41,694 nucleotides of DNA, from positions 1 through 41,694 of the forward strand of contig JAEORO010000015.1 of assembly GCA_016840855.1 (NCBI GenBank). The letters run 5' to 3'. The first letter of the stretch is position 1. Every line of letters starts with the position of its first letter. The notes beneath the pieces are model-generated. The model saw nothing but the letters and a program-made list of their open reading frames with translations. It made no database searches and was not told the DNA's origin. Source of the DNA: Candidatus Thorarchaeota archaeon (lineage in GTDB: Archaea > Asgardarchaeota > Thorarchaeia > Thorarchaeales > Thorarchaeaceae). A program made the translations under genes and the position numbers. Below, in pieces: positions 1 through 9,953 of this stretch.

Positions 1-40
1 AAGGAATGTTGCCTATTGGGATGACATAGGTTTCAGCCAT
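1..40 (-). CDS. 5' end of a CDS running off the left edge (MAETYVIPIGNIP...)
   Basis: ATG at 40-38 on minus strand, GGAG about 10 nt upstream, TATA-like TATATATA near 143-150; only 13 codons visible. Confidence 0.4.
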   Translation of the reverse strand, partial: MAETYVIPIGNIP

Positions 41-358
41 TTCTTAGAACTCCGACGGATGCGTGGTGGTGCGACAGTCTAAGAGGGATTTTCACCCTTT
101 TTTGAGGGATGCAAGACTTGAGTCTATTTTACTCAACTGAGTATATATACGAGCGCCCAATAAATCGAGTCATTCTAACGGTCAGGAAATGAATTCTATG
201 ACACTCTCACAGGAGAGTAATCTTGTCATTCGGAAAAGACGGAGGTATGGAAGTTTCGCAGTTACATAGGTGTTTTAATCGTCTTAACAAATGGCCAAAG
301 GTTTTCAGGACAGTGATAGAACGCGATAAAATCGATGGCATCAATAGGCATGATGGGA

Positions 359-1837
359 TCATGGATTATATGCGAAGGGATGCCTGGCTGAATCTTTTCT
401 CGCAATGATCTCATCCACACTCTGTCGACCTTCAATAGCTCTCCTTAGTGCATGACGAACGGCGATGAAATTGTTGATGTGTACCCTCGTCTTATTCGCT
501 GCGCTTGGATGAACAAACACATTTGCTGCTATCACCAAATCAGGAACTAGTTCCTCGGGTATTATATTGTCAGTAATGGTCCGTCGTACTGCATCAGTCA
601 CTGCTCTTTGAGAGACCTCATAGACCATCTTCTTATGATTCTCAGATGTGATTGTGACTGTTGGTGCAAATATTGTTGTAAGCTCTAAGTCCTTGATAAT
701 ATTTGATTGATGCGTGTCTTCTGTAACTTTTCCTGCATTCTTTAGTGCCTCACTCATTGGGCCATCGCGCATGCCCAAGATGAGGTCAACATGAGCAACT
801 TCATTGCCTCCGCCAAACAGGGCTTCCCCATGAAGTAGAGTAAGATCTGGAATGACATCAGGCACCATTCCAACAGCTTTGGGGTAAGTTTCAGATTCAA
901 TAGAACGGTTCCCCATCTTGAATGTGACAAAGCCACGAGGAATCATCTGAAGATCCTCAAGACATGTCCGAATCTCATCATACATGTCATACCCGAGAAC
1001 ATCACCAATGAGGAGTGGAGGTCTTGAAGGACCTACTTCAACACCCATCATATTTAATGCAGCTTTGACGGCCAGACCGCCTCCATTGTTAACAAAAATA
1101 CGAACTATCTTCTGAATGCTTCTCTGTATGATTCGAGCTTCTTTCAAGTCGCCCGTTGCAAGGGCAGTCTGCATCCTGATATATCTATCAGGAAAGACAT
1201 TTGCACTTGCAAGAATCGCACCATTACAACCAGTTGCAAGTGCAGGTAAGACAACCTCATCATGACCTACCATGACTTGGAAATTCTCAGGTTTTCGCAC
1301 AAGGATAGTGGTCAGATTAATCAAATCGCCACTAGAATCCTTCATGCCTATTATTCCATCAATATCACGCAAACCATCTACGAGGGTCCAGCGCATTTGA
1401 ACTCCTGTCACTTGAGGAATATTATACACAATAATTGGTATATCACTGTTGTTAGCGATTTTTTCGAAATGCTCATAGATCTCTTTTTCTGATGGTTTGA
1501 GGAAATAAGGCGAAACGACAAGTGCTGCATCTGCTCCAAATTCTGCAGCTCTTCGTGTCAATTTAATAGCATCATTCGTGTATGCATGACCAGTGCCTGC
1601 AAGAACTGGGACTCGGCCTTTTGCGGCTTTACAAGCGATACGGATTGCTTCCTCTTTCTCTTCAAATCGCATACTGGTGAACTCCCCTGTGGTTCCACAC
1701 GGGACTATTCCAGTTGCACCACTCTTTATGGTGAAATCTATGAGGTTACGATATTGCTTTTCATTTACACCATTCTTGTCAAAAGGAGTTACAAGTGCCG
1801 GATACACACCTTTGAACCTATATTCATCTACCACCAT
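359..1837 (-). CDS. DapA/NAL-family class I aldolase fused to C-terminal formaldehyde-activating enzyme (Fae) domain
   Basis: GTTGE, YNIP and KDSSG motifs; C-terminal GEALFGGGNEVAHVDLILG...VFVHP...RHPFA resembles Fae; ATG at 1837 follows GGAGGTGA SD overlapping the upstream stop (ORF track starts at 1849). Confidence 0.85.
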   Translation of the reverse strand: MVVDEYRFKGVYPALVTPFDKNGVNEKQYRNLIDFTIKSGATGIVPCGTTGEFTSMRFEEKEEAIRIACKAAKGRVPVLAGTGHAYTNDAIKLTRRAAEFGADAALVVSPYFLKPSEKEIYEHFEKIANNSDIPIIVYNIPQVTGVQMRWTLVDGLRDIDGIIGMKDSSGDLINLTTILVRKPENFQVMVGHDEVVLPALATGCNGAILASANVFPDRYIRMQTALATGDLKEARIIQRSIQKIVRIFVNNGGGLAVKAALNMMGVEVGPSRPPLLIGDVLGYDMYDEIRTCLEDLQMIPRGFVTFKMGNRSIESETYPKAVGMVPDVIPDLTLLHGEALFGGGNEVAHVDLILGMRDGPMSEALKNAGKVTEDTHQSNIIKDLELTTIFAPTVTITSENHKKMVYEVSQRAVTDAVRRTITDNIIPEELVPDLVIAANVFVHPSAANKTRVHINNFIAVRHALRRAIEGRQSVDEIIARKDSARHPFAYNP

Positions 1838-1839
1838 AT

Positions 1840-3237
1840 TCACCTCCAAATACCTGAAAGAGCGCTCTCAACAGCTTGCTGCGTTGCGTTCGTTATCTCA
1901 CGTCTATCTCTTGCATTCAAATCAATATCAAGAGCTAGAATAATTACATCTTCTGTCAAAGTCTTCTTCGGAATCATATCTGATTCCAAGAATGATGTTA
2001 TCGCCTTAGCCGTGCCTGATTGTACAGGTCCATAGAAGAGTGATGCTTGACGCATTGATTCGATTTTTCGTACTGGCATCATCAAGCTGCTAGGTTTTAC
2101 AGCTAGATTTGGTTCAAGAATAACAGTCAAGGCTTCATATCCTATTTTTGGGACAGTCAGAAGTTTAACAAAAGCATGACCGATTTGACTTGTTTTTGGA
2201 CCAGAAACAATACCTACTGATACAGTATCATTAGCAGCACTACTTGTCATAAGATTCGTTGTTTGACCGAAAGCAACTCCTTGACTATCTAGAAACTCAA
2301 GTATCTTGATGTCTTCCTGAACCGGGGCATGCTGAAGTTTTTCAATAACACCCATCTTTTCAAGCTCGATACGAATCTCCTCTTTGATTTCAGGAGTAAG
2401 AGTTCCTCCACTATCGAGAGGCATTCTAGCACGACCAGCATTAATCCCCATCATTCTCAAGGCAGCTTTCACGGGTGGTGCCGCACCATGCTTGAGGACA
2501 AGTCGAGCAAAGGTTTGCGCGGACTTCTGAAGTTCTGAAGCCTCCTCTATTCTTCCATCCTTAGCCAACTTCATGATTTCAAGCCAGACATGAGGTATAA
2601 CATTAGCAGATGCCATAATTGCTGCATTTACTCCGGCTGCAACTGCAGAGAGAAAGCACTCATCTGCACCAATTATGACCTCTATTTTGCCCTTTAGCTT
2701 CTGAATAAGTTCAAGAATATAAGGCACACTTCCGCTGCTGTCTTTTATGCCAACAATATTATCCAATTCTGCTAGATCTTCAACAACATTAGAATTGAGA
2801 ACCCCTAGGGTGCATTGAGGAATATTGTACATGATTACCGGGAGGTTTCCATTATTAGCAACTTGTGCGTAATGCTCATAGTATCCCTTGTCTGTCGGAC
2901 GTAGGTAATAGGGTGAAATGACAAGTGCCGCATCGTATCCTAAATCAGCTGCGAACTTAGTGAGAGCGACGGTTGCACGAGTACTGTGTTGACCTGTACC
3001 CGCAATAATAGGTACACGACCATCAACATATTTCACAGTGAGTTTTAACATCTTCTTGCGTTCTTCTGTTCTTAGATAGGAGAACTCACCAGTAGTGCCT
3101 AACGTTACGACTCCAGTAGCTCCTTTTTCAATAGTATAATCAATCACCTGTTTGTACCCATCTTCACCGATATCACCATCACGCGTAAAGGGGGTCACAA
3201 GAGCGGGCATTACTCCTTCGGGCTTGAACTTCCTCAA
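1840..3237 (-). CDS. Second DapA-family aldolase fused to a partly degenerate Fae-like domain
   Basis: GTTGE, YNIP, KDSSG; C-terminal GHAF...ILEPNLAVKPSSLMMP...FYGPVQSGTAKAI...IP resembles the central Fae segment; TTG start with GGTGA SD. Confidence 0.8.
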   Translation of the reverse strand: MRKFKPEGVMPALVTPFTRDGDIGEDGYKQVIDYTIEKGATGVVTLGTTGEFSYLRTEERKKMLKLTVKYVDGRVPIIAGTGQHSTRATVALTKFAADLGYDAALVISPYYLRPTDKGYYEHYAQVANNGNLPVIMYNIPQCTLGVLNSNVVEDLAELDNIVGIKDSSGSVPYILELIQKLKGKIEVIIGADECFLSAVAAGVNAAIMASANVIPHVWLEIMKLAKDGRIEEASELQKSAQTFARLVLKHGAAPPVKAALRMMGINAGRARMPLDSGGTLTPEIKEEIRIELEKMGVIEKLQHAPVQEDIKILEFLDSQGVAFGQTTNLMTSSAANDTVSVGIVSGPKTSQIGHAFVKLLTVPKIGYEALTVILEPNLAVKPSSLMMPVRKIESMRQASLFYGPVQSGTAKAITSFLESDMIPKKTLTEDVIILALDIDLNARDRREITNATQQAVESALSGIWR

Positions 3238-3358
3238 GGAATCACCGAAACCTCCAGCTTTAAAGTGGGTATAAATGGCCTTCGATTTGTGAGAGTATGA
3301 AGAAAGAGTGTTTCAATGAATAGAAGTCGCTATATGATACTGTTGCGAGTGAAATGTT

Positions 3359-3676
3359 ATGCAGGATTATGTAGTTGCACTCACAACATGTCCAGAAAAA
3401 AGTAGTAAAGAGTTAGCTCGTATTTTAGTTGAATCACGATTGTGTGCTTGTGTTAACATCATTCATAATTTAACGAGTATCTACCACTGGAAAAATGAGA
3501 TAATTATTGATGATGAATCATTATTGATGATTAAAACAGAATCAAAGCATTCTGAGGCTCTTTGGGAGTGTGTGAAGAGTAATCACCCTTATGAGGTTCC
3601 AGAGTTTATTGTTCTTCCAATAAGATGGGGGTCTCAAGACTATTTTAACTGGATTTCACAGAGTATCAAGAATTGA
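3359..3676 (+). CDS. cutA: Divalent-cation tolerance protein CutA
   Basis: LCACVNI, SIYHW, E...IKT and HPYEVPE motifs; 105 aa. Confidence 0.93.
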   Translation: MQDYVVALTTCPEKSSKELARILVESRLCACVNIIHNLTSIYHWKNEIIIDDESLLMIKTESKHSEALWECVKSNHPYEVPEFIVLPIRWGSQDYFNWISQSIKN

Positions 3677-3688
3677 TGTACCAGTGAA

Positions 3689-6136
3689 TTATGCGATATC
3701 AGCTCTTCGAGCTGCATAAACAAGGGATTCATTGAAGTACTTACCTACAATCGCACATATAGCAGGTCCTATAACATAGTTGATTTCACCGGGCATTAGT
3801 TCCTTTAGATTTGTCTTGGAGGTCAATTTACCTCTTCTTTTAAGTATCCCAATCTCGCGCTCAACAGTAGACTTTGCCTTATCCCAAGACATCGGTTCAA
3901 CACCACGACCCTCGCCAATTAATCCCTCTTTAATCTCGAATAGACTCCGCATTATGAATACTGAAAGATTATCCATGTCTGTAGAATCCTTCATGAAGTT
4001 CCCTCCATGTTGTGGGCATTTCACATCACTAGGCACAGATCCGCAAGCACTGCATATCTTGCGTCCTCTGCCTGTCTTAATGTAGTATGCTAATAGATTC
4101 GCACATTTTGTTGTGTCATTTGGTGTCCACTCAAGACCAGAGGTTCCAACTCTACTTATTGCTCGAAAGACTGTGCGTGCTTTGTTGTGTAAGTACATCA
4201 AAACATCAATGCCTTCTTTCTTTTCCTCAATTCTTCGTTTCTCTTTTTGCTTAGCTTCGAAGGCAAATTCTTCCTTGGCTAGTTTCTCCAAACGTTCTTG
4301 CTTCAAGAACCGTTGCATGATGTCATAGGCTATCGCATAGTTGTCGAACTCCAAATTTGACATATCTAACGAATTGTCAACAATACCCTCAAAGACGGGA
4401 CTTGTAGATATTTCAAGATCTTTTCCAGCTGCTATCATATCCTTATTTGAAAACCGAGCGTGCATCCAGCTGCATATTGTCTTCGCTTCTAACTCAGGAT
4501 AAACAACTTTCATTTCATAGATTCTCATGGAAACAAGATCTATCAGAATCTCTTCCCTGAGGAATTGCATAACGACATCAGTATCTTCGTAGATACTTTT
4601 CAAAAGCGACTTTATTCTAAGCAAGTCCTGCTTTGACCTAATATAAGATTCAACGACTCTTGTAAGATTCGTAAGCATACCAATAGTGAAGTGCCAGATT
4701 AAATCCAGTCTAAGGCTTTGAATTGTTTCTTCTTCAGTTCTTTGTTGACTAAAATCACGGGCTGATGAGATACCAAGAGAACTAAGAGCACCACTTTTCA
4801 CATCTTCGCGCGTTTTTAAAAGCCGGACGATCTCTTCAGGAGGTGGAACGCGTATTTTCTTATTTAGAGCATCAAGCACCTCGGTTTCTATGCCAACGAG
4901 TTTCGAACGATCTTTGGTGAAGAGCTCTATACCGATTTTATCAAGCTCTGTTGCTCGAAGTCCCCTGGATCTGAGCATTCCCTTAACAGGACCATCAAGA
5001 GTGTGTTCTATTTTCTCTAGCGTTTTTAACGAACGTTCGAGCATCTCAAATTCTTCTTTACTAACTCGGGGTTTCTCTGTTTCAGAGGTGTGTTCAGAGG
5101 TCAATGATTTGAGTCCTGGACCAATGATTGATTGATCGCTTATTCCCTTCCTTCGGAGCTGCGCCTTAATTTCATCAACATCAACATTAAGAAAACATGA
5201 GATTGTGTCAAGCGCATGGTTGGGTTCTACGGATAGGATTTCTGCGGCTTTTGTTGTAACAATCATACCGATTCGTGACTCATAACCATCAAGAGTAGTG
5301 GGAATGTCGAATTCATCTTCAAGAGCTTCTAGCAGGTGAATTCTCATCTCATGTGCATTCTTAAGACCCTTCAGAGTATCAACTGGTTTGCAGAATCTCT
5401 CTGTTATTGCTAATGTAATTTCATCCCAGCTCTTGACAGGAATCGATGCATCAATTAAACGTCCCTTGGCATATTCTATTCGTCCAAGAATTTTGTCTAA
5501 GCCCATTCGAAGAATTGTAATTTCAGGAACTTCTGAAGGATGTTCGCGAAGTAATTCATCTCTGAGTGATAACGCACTTTCCTTTAGTCCAGATGCTTTA
5601 ACATATAGCTCTTTTCTCCATTCATCACCCCAACCAGTCACTTCCAAGATTAAATCAATATCATGATTAGGATTGTATTCAGAATGTACTTGTTTCAGAG
5701 TGTCTTTCACCAGATTGATGATTTTTTCTTTGTGAGAAGGAGAGGGACTTGTTCCGCTTAGTTCATCTACAAATCGAATAATCAGCTTACTAGCTAGTTT
5801 TGCTACATCAATTTCTTCTCGTTGTTTGTCCGAAAAGAGTTGACGCACTTCAAGTTCAAGCTGACGTCGTTCTTCATCTCCTAATTCATCCGTCATATCG
5901 CTACCAGCGCCAGGTTCCTCAGATGGAGTGAGAAGACGAATGCCTTGATAGCTATGTAAATAGAATGCAGCAAAGAAGGAAAAAACATCCTCAAGGGGTT
6001 GAGAGTCCTTAAGAAGCTCATGGAACAACTGTCGGTCTCTAGTGCTTCGCATATGTGAGGCAAGTGCTTCTCTGAGTAGAATTTCTTTTCCGGCCTCACT
6101 CATTTGACGTGTTTTTAAAACCCAAGAACTTGCCAC
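3689..6136 (-). CDS. Large helical hypothetical protein with C-terminal CxxC-x8-CxxH zinc-finger-like motif
   Basis: 815-aa ORF, GTG start with GAGGTGA SD overlapping the upstream stop; CSACG...CPQHG. Confidence 0.75.
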   Translation of the reverse strand: MASSWVLKTRQMSEAGKEILLREALASHMRSTRDRQLFHELLKDSQPLEDVFSFFAAFYLHSYQGIRLLTPSEEPGAGSDMTDELGDEERRQLELEVRQLFSDKQREEIDVAKLASKLIIRFVDELSGTSPSPSHKEKIINLVKDTLKQVHSEYNPNHDIDLILEVTGWGDEWRKELYVKASGLKESALSLRDELLREHPSEVPEITILRMGLDKILGRIEYAKGRLIDASIPVKSWDEITLAITERFCKPVDTLKGLKNAHEMRIHLLEALEDEFDIPTTLDGYESRIGMIVTTKAAEILSVEPNHALDTISCFLNVDVDEIKAQLRRKGISDQSIIGPGLKSLTSEHTSETEKPRVSKEEFEMLERSLKTLEKIEHTLDGPVKGMLRSRGLRATELDKIGIELFTKDRSKLVGIETEVLDALNKKIRVPPPEEIVRLLKTREDVKSGALSSLGISSARDFSQQRTEEETIQSLRLDLIWHFTIGMLTNLTRVVESYIRSKQDLLRIKSLLKSIYEDTDVVMQFLREEILIDLVSMRIYEMKVVYPELEAKTICSWMHARFSNKDMIAAGKDLEISTSPVFEGIVDNSLDMSNLEFDNYAIAYDIMQRFLKQERLEKLAKEEFAFEAKQKEKRRIEEKKEGIDVLMYLHNKARTVFRAISRVGTSGLEWTPNDTTKCANLLAYYIKTGRGRKICSACGSVPSDVKCPQHGGNFMKDSTDMDNLSVFIMRSLFEIKEGLIGEGRGVEPMSWDKAKSTVEREIGILKRRGKLTSKTNLKELMPGEINYVIGPAICAIVGKYFNESLVYAARRADIA

Positions 6137-6142
6137 CAGCTA

Positions 6143-8812
6143 TCACCTCAGAAATGTGTTCCCAACTGAAACTGTCAGCTCGTTTACTCCGTGTTGAAAT
6201 GTCACAAGGTATAGTAATTCATTCTCCTTAGGATCTCGCAAATACATGCGCGCAACTCGCGGAAGAAGCTTTCCAAGACCCCTCACTTTTGCCCCCATGA
6301 GGTACTCGATGAATTCATCGCCTATGTCAAGTCCAATCATCGAAGCTGCTCCAATACCTTCTGCTTGAAGTCTAAGAACTCGTTTGGCAAAGGTGGCTTC
6401 CATTTCTTTCTCCCGTTCCTTCAGTTGATTCAGCCTACTCTGGAGAAGATCTCGTAGCTCGACGAAGTATTTGAGGGAAGAATCTGGTTCAGGTTTTGGA
6501 GGTGAAGATATTTCTTCTTTGACAGGATATTGCATCCGAATTTCATGTAGCTCTGCATCTATAGGAGAAGGTTTTACGGGTTCTGTTGGTGGTAAAGGAA
6601 TAACAGCCTCAGAGGTCAATGTTTCAGGATATTCTTCTTCCATGACTTCTGGAGTCCTAGCCATTTGGGCGGCTTGCTCGGCTTCATATCGTTCTAGTTG
6701 CTCCATATGATTCCTCAGAGCAATCTCATATTCCCGCATTCTCGCCTCATATTCTTGGGTCTTCTGCATAATTAGCGCTTCACGTCTTGCATTGTGAGCA
6801 AGAATGGCTTCGTTTTCTTCTTGGATAACTTGGCATTCATGTTCCCATTCGTGTATTTTTGATAGGTAGATCTGTTCTCGCTGATCAGCTTCAAACTTAG
6901 CTCGATCAACCATAGCACTTGGAGTGACTGTTTCTCCAACAATCTCATGGATTGAGTTTAATAATTCTAGAAGCGCTTCTGAACGTGATATTGATTCATT
7001 TAAGCCAGTCTTGTAGCTATAGACCCATTCCATTGCTTCTTTTTTCCACTCATCAGGCCGTTCTCCAGCACCTTCAATAGCAGCCTCAAGTTCTGTGACA
7101 AGATTGGTTTGTTCAGATAACATCTTGTCAATGATGCGACGAATCAATGGCTTAGAGAGGAGAGTATCGGCTACATCTGGAATAGTATCAGAAACAAGCT
7201 CCTGAAAATTTTCAAGAAGAGTTAACATTGCTTTTCCGTGTTCTGTTAGTTCCTCGGAATTAGGCAGAGAATATTTCTGAATAATCTCACTCTTAGCAAT
7301 TTCAGCCACATTCTCGAAACCAATCAGCTCCCATATGTTGATTGCATTGAAAGAGTCGATTAGCTTCCTAGTAATTACATCCATGAGTTGTTTGAAATCA
7401 CTATACTTGGATCCCTCAAATTCCTCTTTTGAAAAAGCCGCGTTCAATTGTGCTTGAATTTCACTGTAGAATAAATCGAATAATGTTAAATCTGTAGAGC
7501 TGATATTGCCTTGGAGGGTTTCGTTTTTGAAATCTTGGAGAGCTGTGAAGAATGCTTTCTTTGCCGCATTTGTTACAAGATACTGATTAAGCTCCTTTGA
7601 AAAGTATTGAGAAACTCGTTTGGCATAAACAATCGCATATCTCATTGTAGCTTTGAGCTCCCAAGCTCGAATCTCACCAGAACTTGTGAACTCACGTGAA
7701 ACTGAGTTCATTATGCAATTTACAATTTCCATCGCCAAGGTGTTTTTTATACCGGAAGAAACCTCGCTCCGCGAAGAAATCCCAGAAATCAATGCATTTT
7801 TGTGATTCTCGATTGTAGAAGACTTTCCAGAGCCAAGATGTTCTTCAACTATGTACTCCAGAGAATTCACCGATTCTACAAGATATTGGATAAACTCATC
7901 AATACGAGGTTTTAAGGAATCGATATTAGCCAAAGAAATCTCTCGCTGACCAAGAAAGGTGCCTAGTGCTCCAACAACCCCATTAACAATCTCAGCTTCT
8001 TCAACAGCATAGGCATAGTAGTTAAGCTCACTTAGAAGAGCTTGACCAGTTTCAGGTACGACTTTTGTTAAGATTTCAATAGCACTAGGTGTCAAAACTC
8101 GCCGCTTGAAATGAGCTACGAGTTTTTCATCTGATTCATTTGGTAACTTGAATTCAAGACTTTTACGTCCTACTATCTTCATTCCTGGAGGTTGAAGTGT
8201 GAAATCGTCCGCTACAATCATTTTCGCAATAAAGTCAACATCAACATGATCTTGTTTGACTTGTAAAGAATCCCAAGATCCTTGAAATCTGCGATCTATC
8301 ATGTCAACAAAGAGTACACTATTCAATCGGTCTGCAAATTTATTCAAAACAGTGAGACCTTCCAAGTCATAGTTCAGCTGGTTGTTGATAACTGCACTCT
8401 CGATGTCAGAAATCTTCTTTGATACGACTTTCATATAATCGTTAATCTTGAATGGATCGACAACCCCCTTTTCCCAACTCAGTACACAAACGTGAGAACC
8501 AACTCCGCCTTCGGCACCACCAGCGACGACAAGCTGTTCCGGGAGCACACCAGGACTTGGAGTCCGATCGAGATTCCATTCTATTGAGAGAAGTTCTAAT
8601 CCTTCAGATGACATCAGTGTGTCACGGATTTTAAAAATTAATGGGATTATATTCATGGAAATAGATTCAGAGTGTTGTTCTAACATCGTTCCAGCACCAA
8701 TCGCACTACCAATTGGGTAACCAAGTCCGGATGATACTCCTAAAACAGAGGCAGATGCCATTCGAATAGCTTCAACCGTACTTGATGCTTGTTCGTTTCC
8801 ATGATTAGACAT
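6143..8812 (-). CDS. Large hypothetical protein with helical core, coiled coils and Pro-rich linker
   Basis: Long ORF; likely ATG at 8812 with GGAGA upstream (track start 8911 overlaps the neighbour); heptad E/Q/R-rich segments flank PLPPTEPVKPSP...PPKPEP. Confidence 0.75.
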   Translation of the reverse strand: MSNHGNEQASSTVEAIRMASASVLGVSSGLGYPIGSAIGAGTMLEQHSESISMNIIPLIFKIRDTLMSSEGLELLSIEWNLDRTPSPGVLPEQLVVAGGAEGGVGSHVCVLSWEKGVVDPFKINDYMKVVSKKISDIESAVINNQLNYDLEGLTVLNKFADRLNSVLFVDMIDRRFQGSWDSLQVKQDHVDVDFIAKMIVADDFTLQPPGMKIVGRKSLEFKLPNESDEKLVAHFKRRVLTPSAIEILTKVVPETGQALLSELNYYAYAVEEAEIVNGVVGALGTFLGQREISLANIDSLKPRIDEFIQYLVESVNSLEYIVEEHLGSGKSSTIENHKNALISGISSRSEVSSGIKNTLAMEIVNCIMNSVSREFTSSGEIRAWELKATMRYAIVYAKRVSQYFSKELNQYLVTNAAKKAFFTALQDFKNETLQGNISSTDLTLFDLFYSEIQAQLNAAFSKEEFEGSKYSDFKQLMDVITRKLIDSFNAINIWELIGFENVAEIAKSEIIQKYSLPNSEELTEHGKAMLTLLENFQELVSDTIPDVADTLLSKPLIRRIIDKMLSEQTNLVTELEAAIEGAGERPDEWKKEAMEWVYSYKTGLNESISRSEALLELLNSIHEIVGETVTPSAMVDRAKFEADQREQIYLSKIHEWEHECQVIQEENEAILAHNARREALIMQKTQEYEARMREYEIALRNHMEQLERYEAEQAAQMARTPEVMEEEYPETLTSEAVIPLPPTEPVKPSPIDAELHEIRMQYPVKEEISSPPKPEPDSSLKYFVELRDLLQSRLNQLKEREKEMEATFAKRVLRLQAEGIGAASMIGLDIGDEFIEYLMGAKVRGLGKLLPRVARMYLRDPKENELLYLVTFQHGVNELTVSVGNTFLR

Positions 8813-8892
8813 ATGTAGACTCTCCTTGATGAATTGAAAGTCGAGAGATATTTCAGAACCACATCGCAATCTTTTGAATCTAGCTCGGTCAG

Positions 8893-9843
8893 CTATTCTA
8901 CTGTAGTCCAAACTCCATTTCCTAGGTTTCGTACTAATCCAGCTTCACTTAAACTGATTAATGTCACGTGCAATGTTGTCGTGAGTAATGCATCATAGCT
9001 CAATGTGATAGGTACACTTCGTGATTGTTTAATATCAAAAACAAGCTGTTCAAGGTCTGCATCCCCTCGAGCACTTAGCAATGTTAACACAGTATCTTGG
9101 AGGTGTATTACACCATCCCGTACAGCTTCAAATTGAAGTCGAGCATCAGCAAAAATGTGGGGGGAATCATGTGCAGGAAATAGATGGTCAGCTCCTAGTT
9201 TTGATAAGGCTTCCAGTGCAGTTAATTTTGCTATAATACTACCAGTCTTGTCAACATAGAATTTACGAGGGTCATTTGGGAAATTGTTTACTTCATCGCC
9301 TGAGAATAATGCTTTTCGTGTTACATCAAAGAAAGCGCAATGTCCTGCAGAATGCCCGCCAGTATGGATTACTCTGAGAACTGTTTCACCAACTGAGATT
9401 TTTTGTCCGTGAGAGATTAGCTCATCAGCATCTATACCACGATAATTAACACGAAGTGGACCTTTATCGAATTTCATTGAAAATCTTTCAGCTCGATCCA
9501 TTACAAGTCGTTTATTCAAGAAGTCTGCCGGTGTTCGAAGAAGTTCTGCATCATCCTTATGTATCATTATAGGCGCTCCAACTGACTTCTTAAGTCGTCC
9601 AGCTCCAGCGGCATGATCCGGATGACCATGTGTACAAAGAATGCCTACTAGATCATTCTTAGGTTCCAGACCAAGATCCTTTATTGCCTTTTCAAGTCGA
9701 TCCCCTGGATCTCCTGCGGTCCCCGGATCAATCACAAGAACCTCGTTCTCATCAACAATCAAGTAGCTAGCAATAAAGCCAAACTCATCAGCGAACTTTC
9801 CTCGCACAACTTGAATTCCAGGTATAATTTCAGTCGATGCCAT
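8893..9843 (-). CDS. Metallo-beta-lactamase-fold hydrolase (glyoxalase II-like) with probable C-terminal winged helix
   Basis: IDPG, THGHPDH, GGHSAGH, LFSGD and PAHD motifs. Confidence 0.9.
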   Translation of the reverse strand: MASTEIIPGIQVVRGKFADEFGFIASYLIVDENEVLVIDPGTAGDPGDRLEKAIKDLGLEPKNDLVGILCTHGHPDHAAGAGRLKKSVGAPIMIHKDDAELLRTPADFLNKRLVMDRAERFSMKFDKGPLRVNYRGIDADELISHGQKISVGETVLRVIHTGGHSAGHCAFFDVTRKALFSGDEVNNFPNDPRKFYVDKTGSIIAKLTALEALSKLGADHLFPAHDSPHIFADARLQFEAVRDGVIHLQDTVLTLLSARGDADLEQLVFDIKQSRSVPITLSYDALLTTTLHVTLISLSEAGLVRNLGNGVWTTVE

Positions 9844-9953
9844 TTGTCTAGTTGGAGTTTCTCATTCAACACTTATGATAATATCGTCTATGGGCAAGTC
9901 TAAAAAATAAACACTAAATCCAATAGAATCTCTTGTCCTGTTGCTGAGGTTGA

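Noticed and set aside
223-408. 61-aa plus-strand ORF
   Set aside because: Overlaps the 3' end of the aldolase-Fae gene on the opposite strand and has no recognisable motif; a GGAGAG upstream means it cannot be fully excluded
359-3237. Calling the two aldolases dapA
   Set aside because: DHDPS-specific Arg is absent, no lysine pathway genes are adjacent, and both carry Fae fusions
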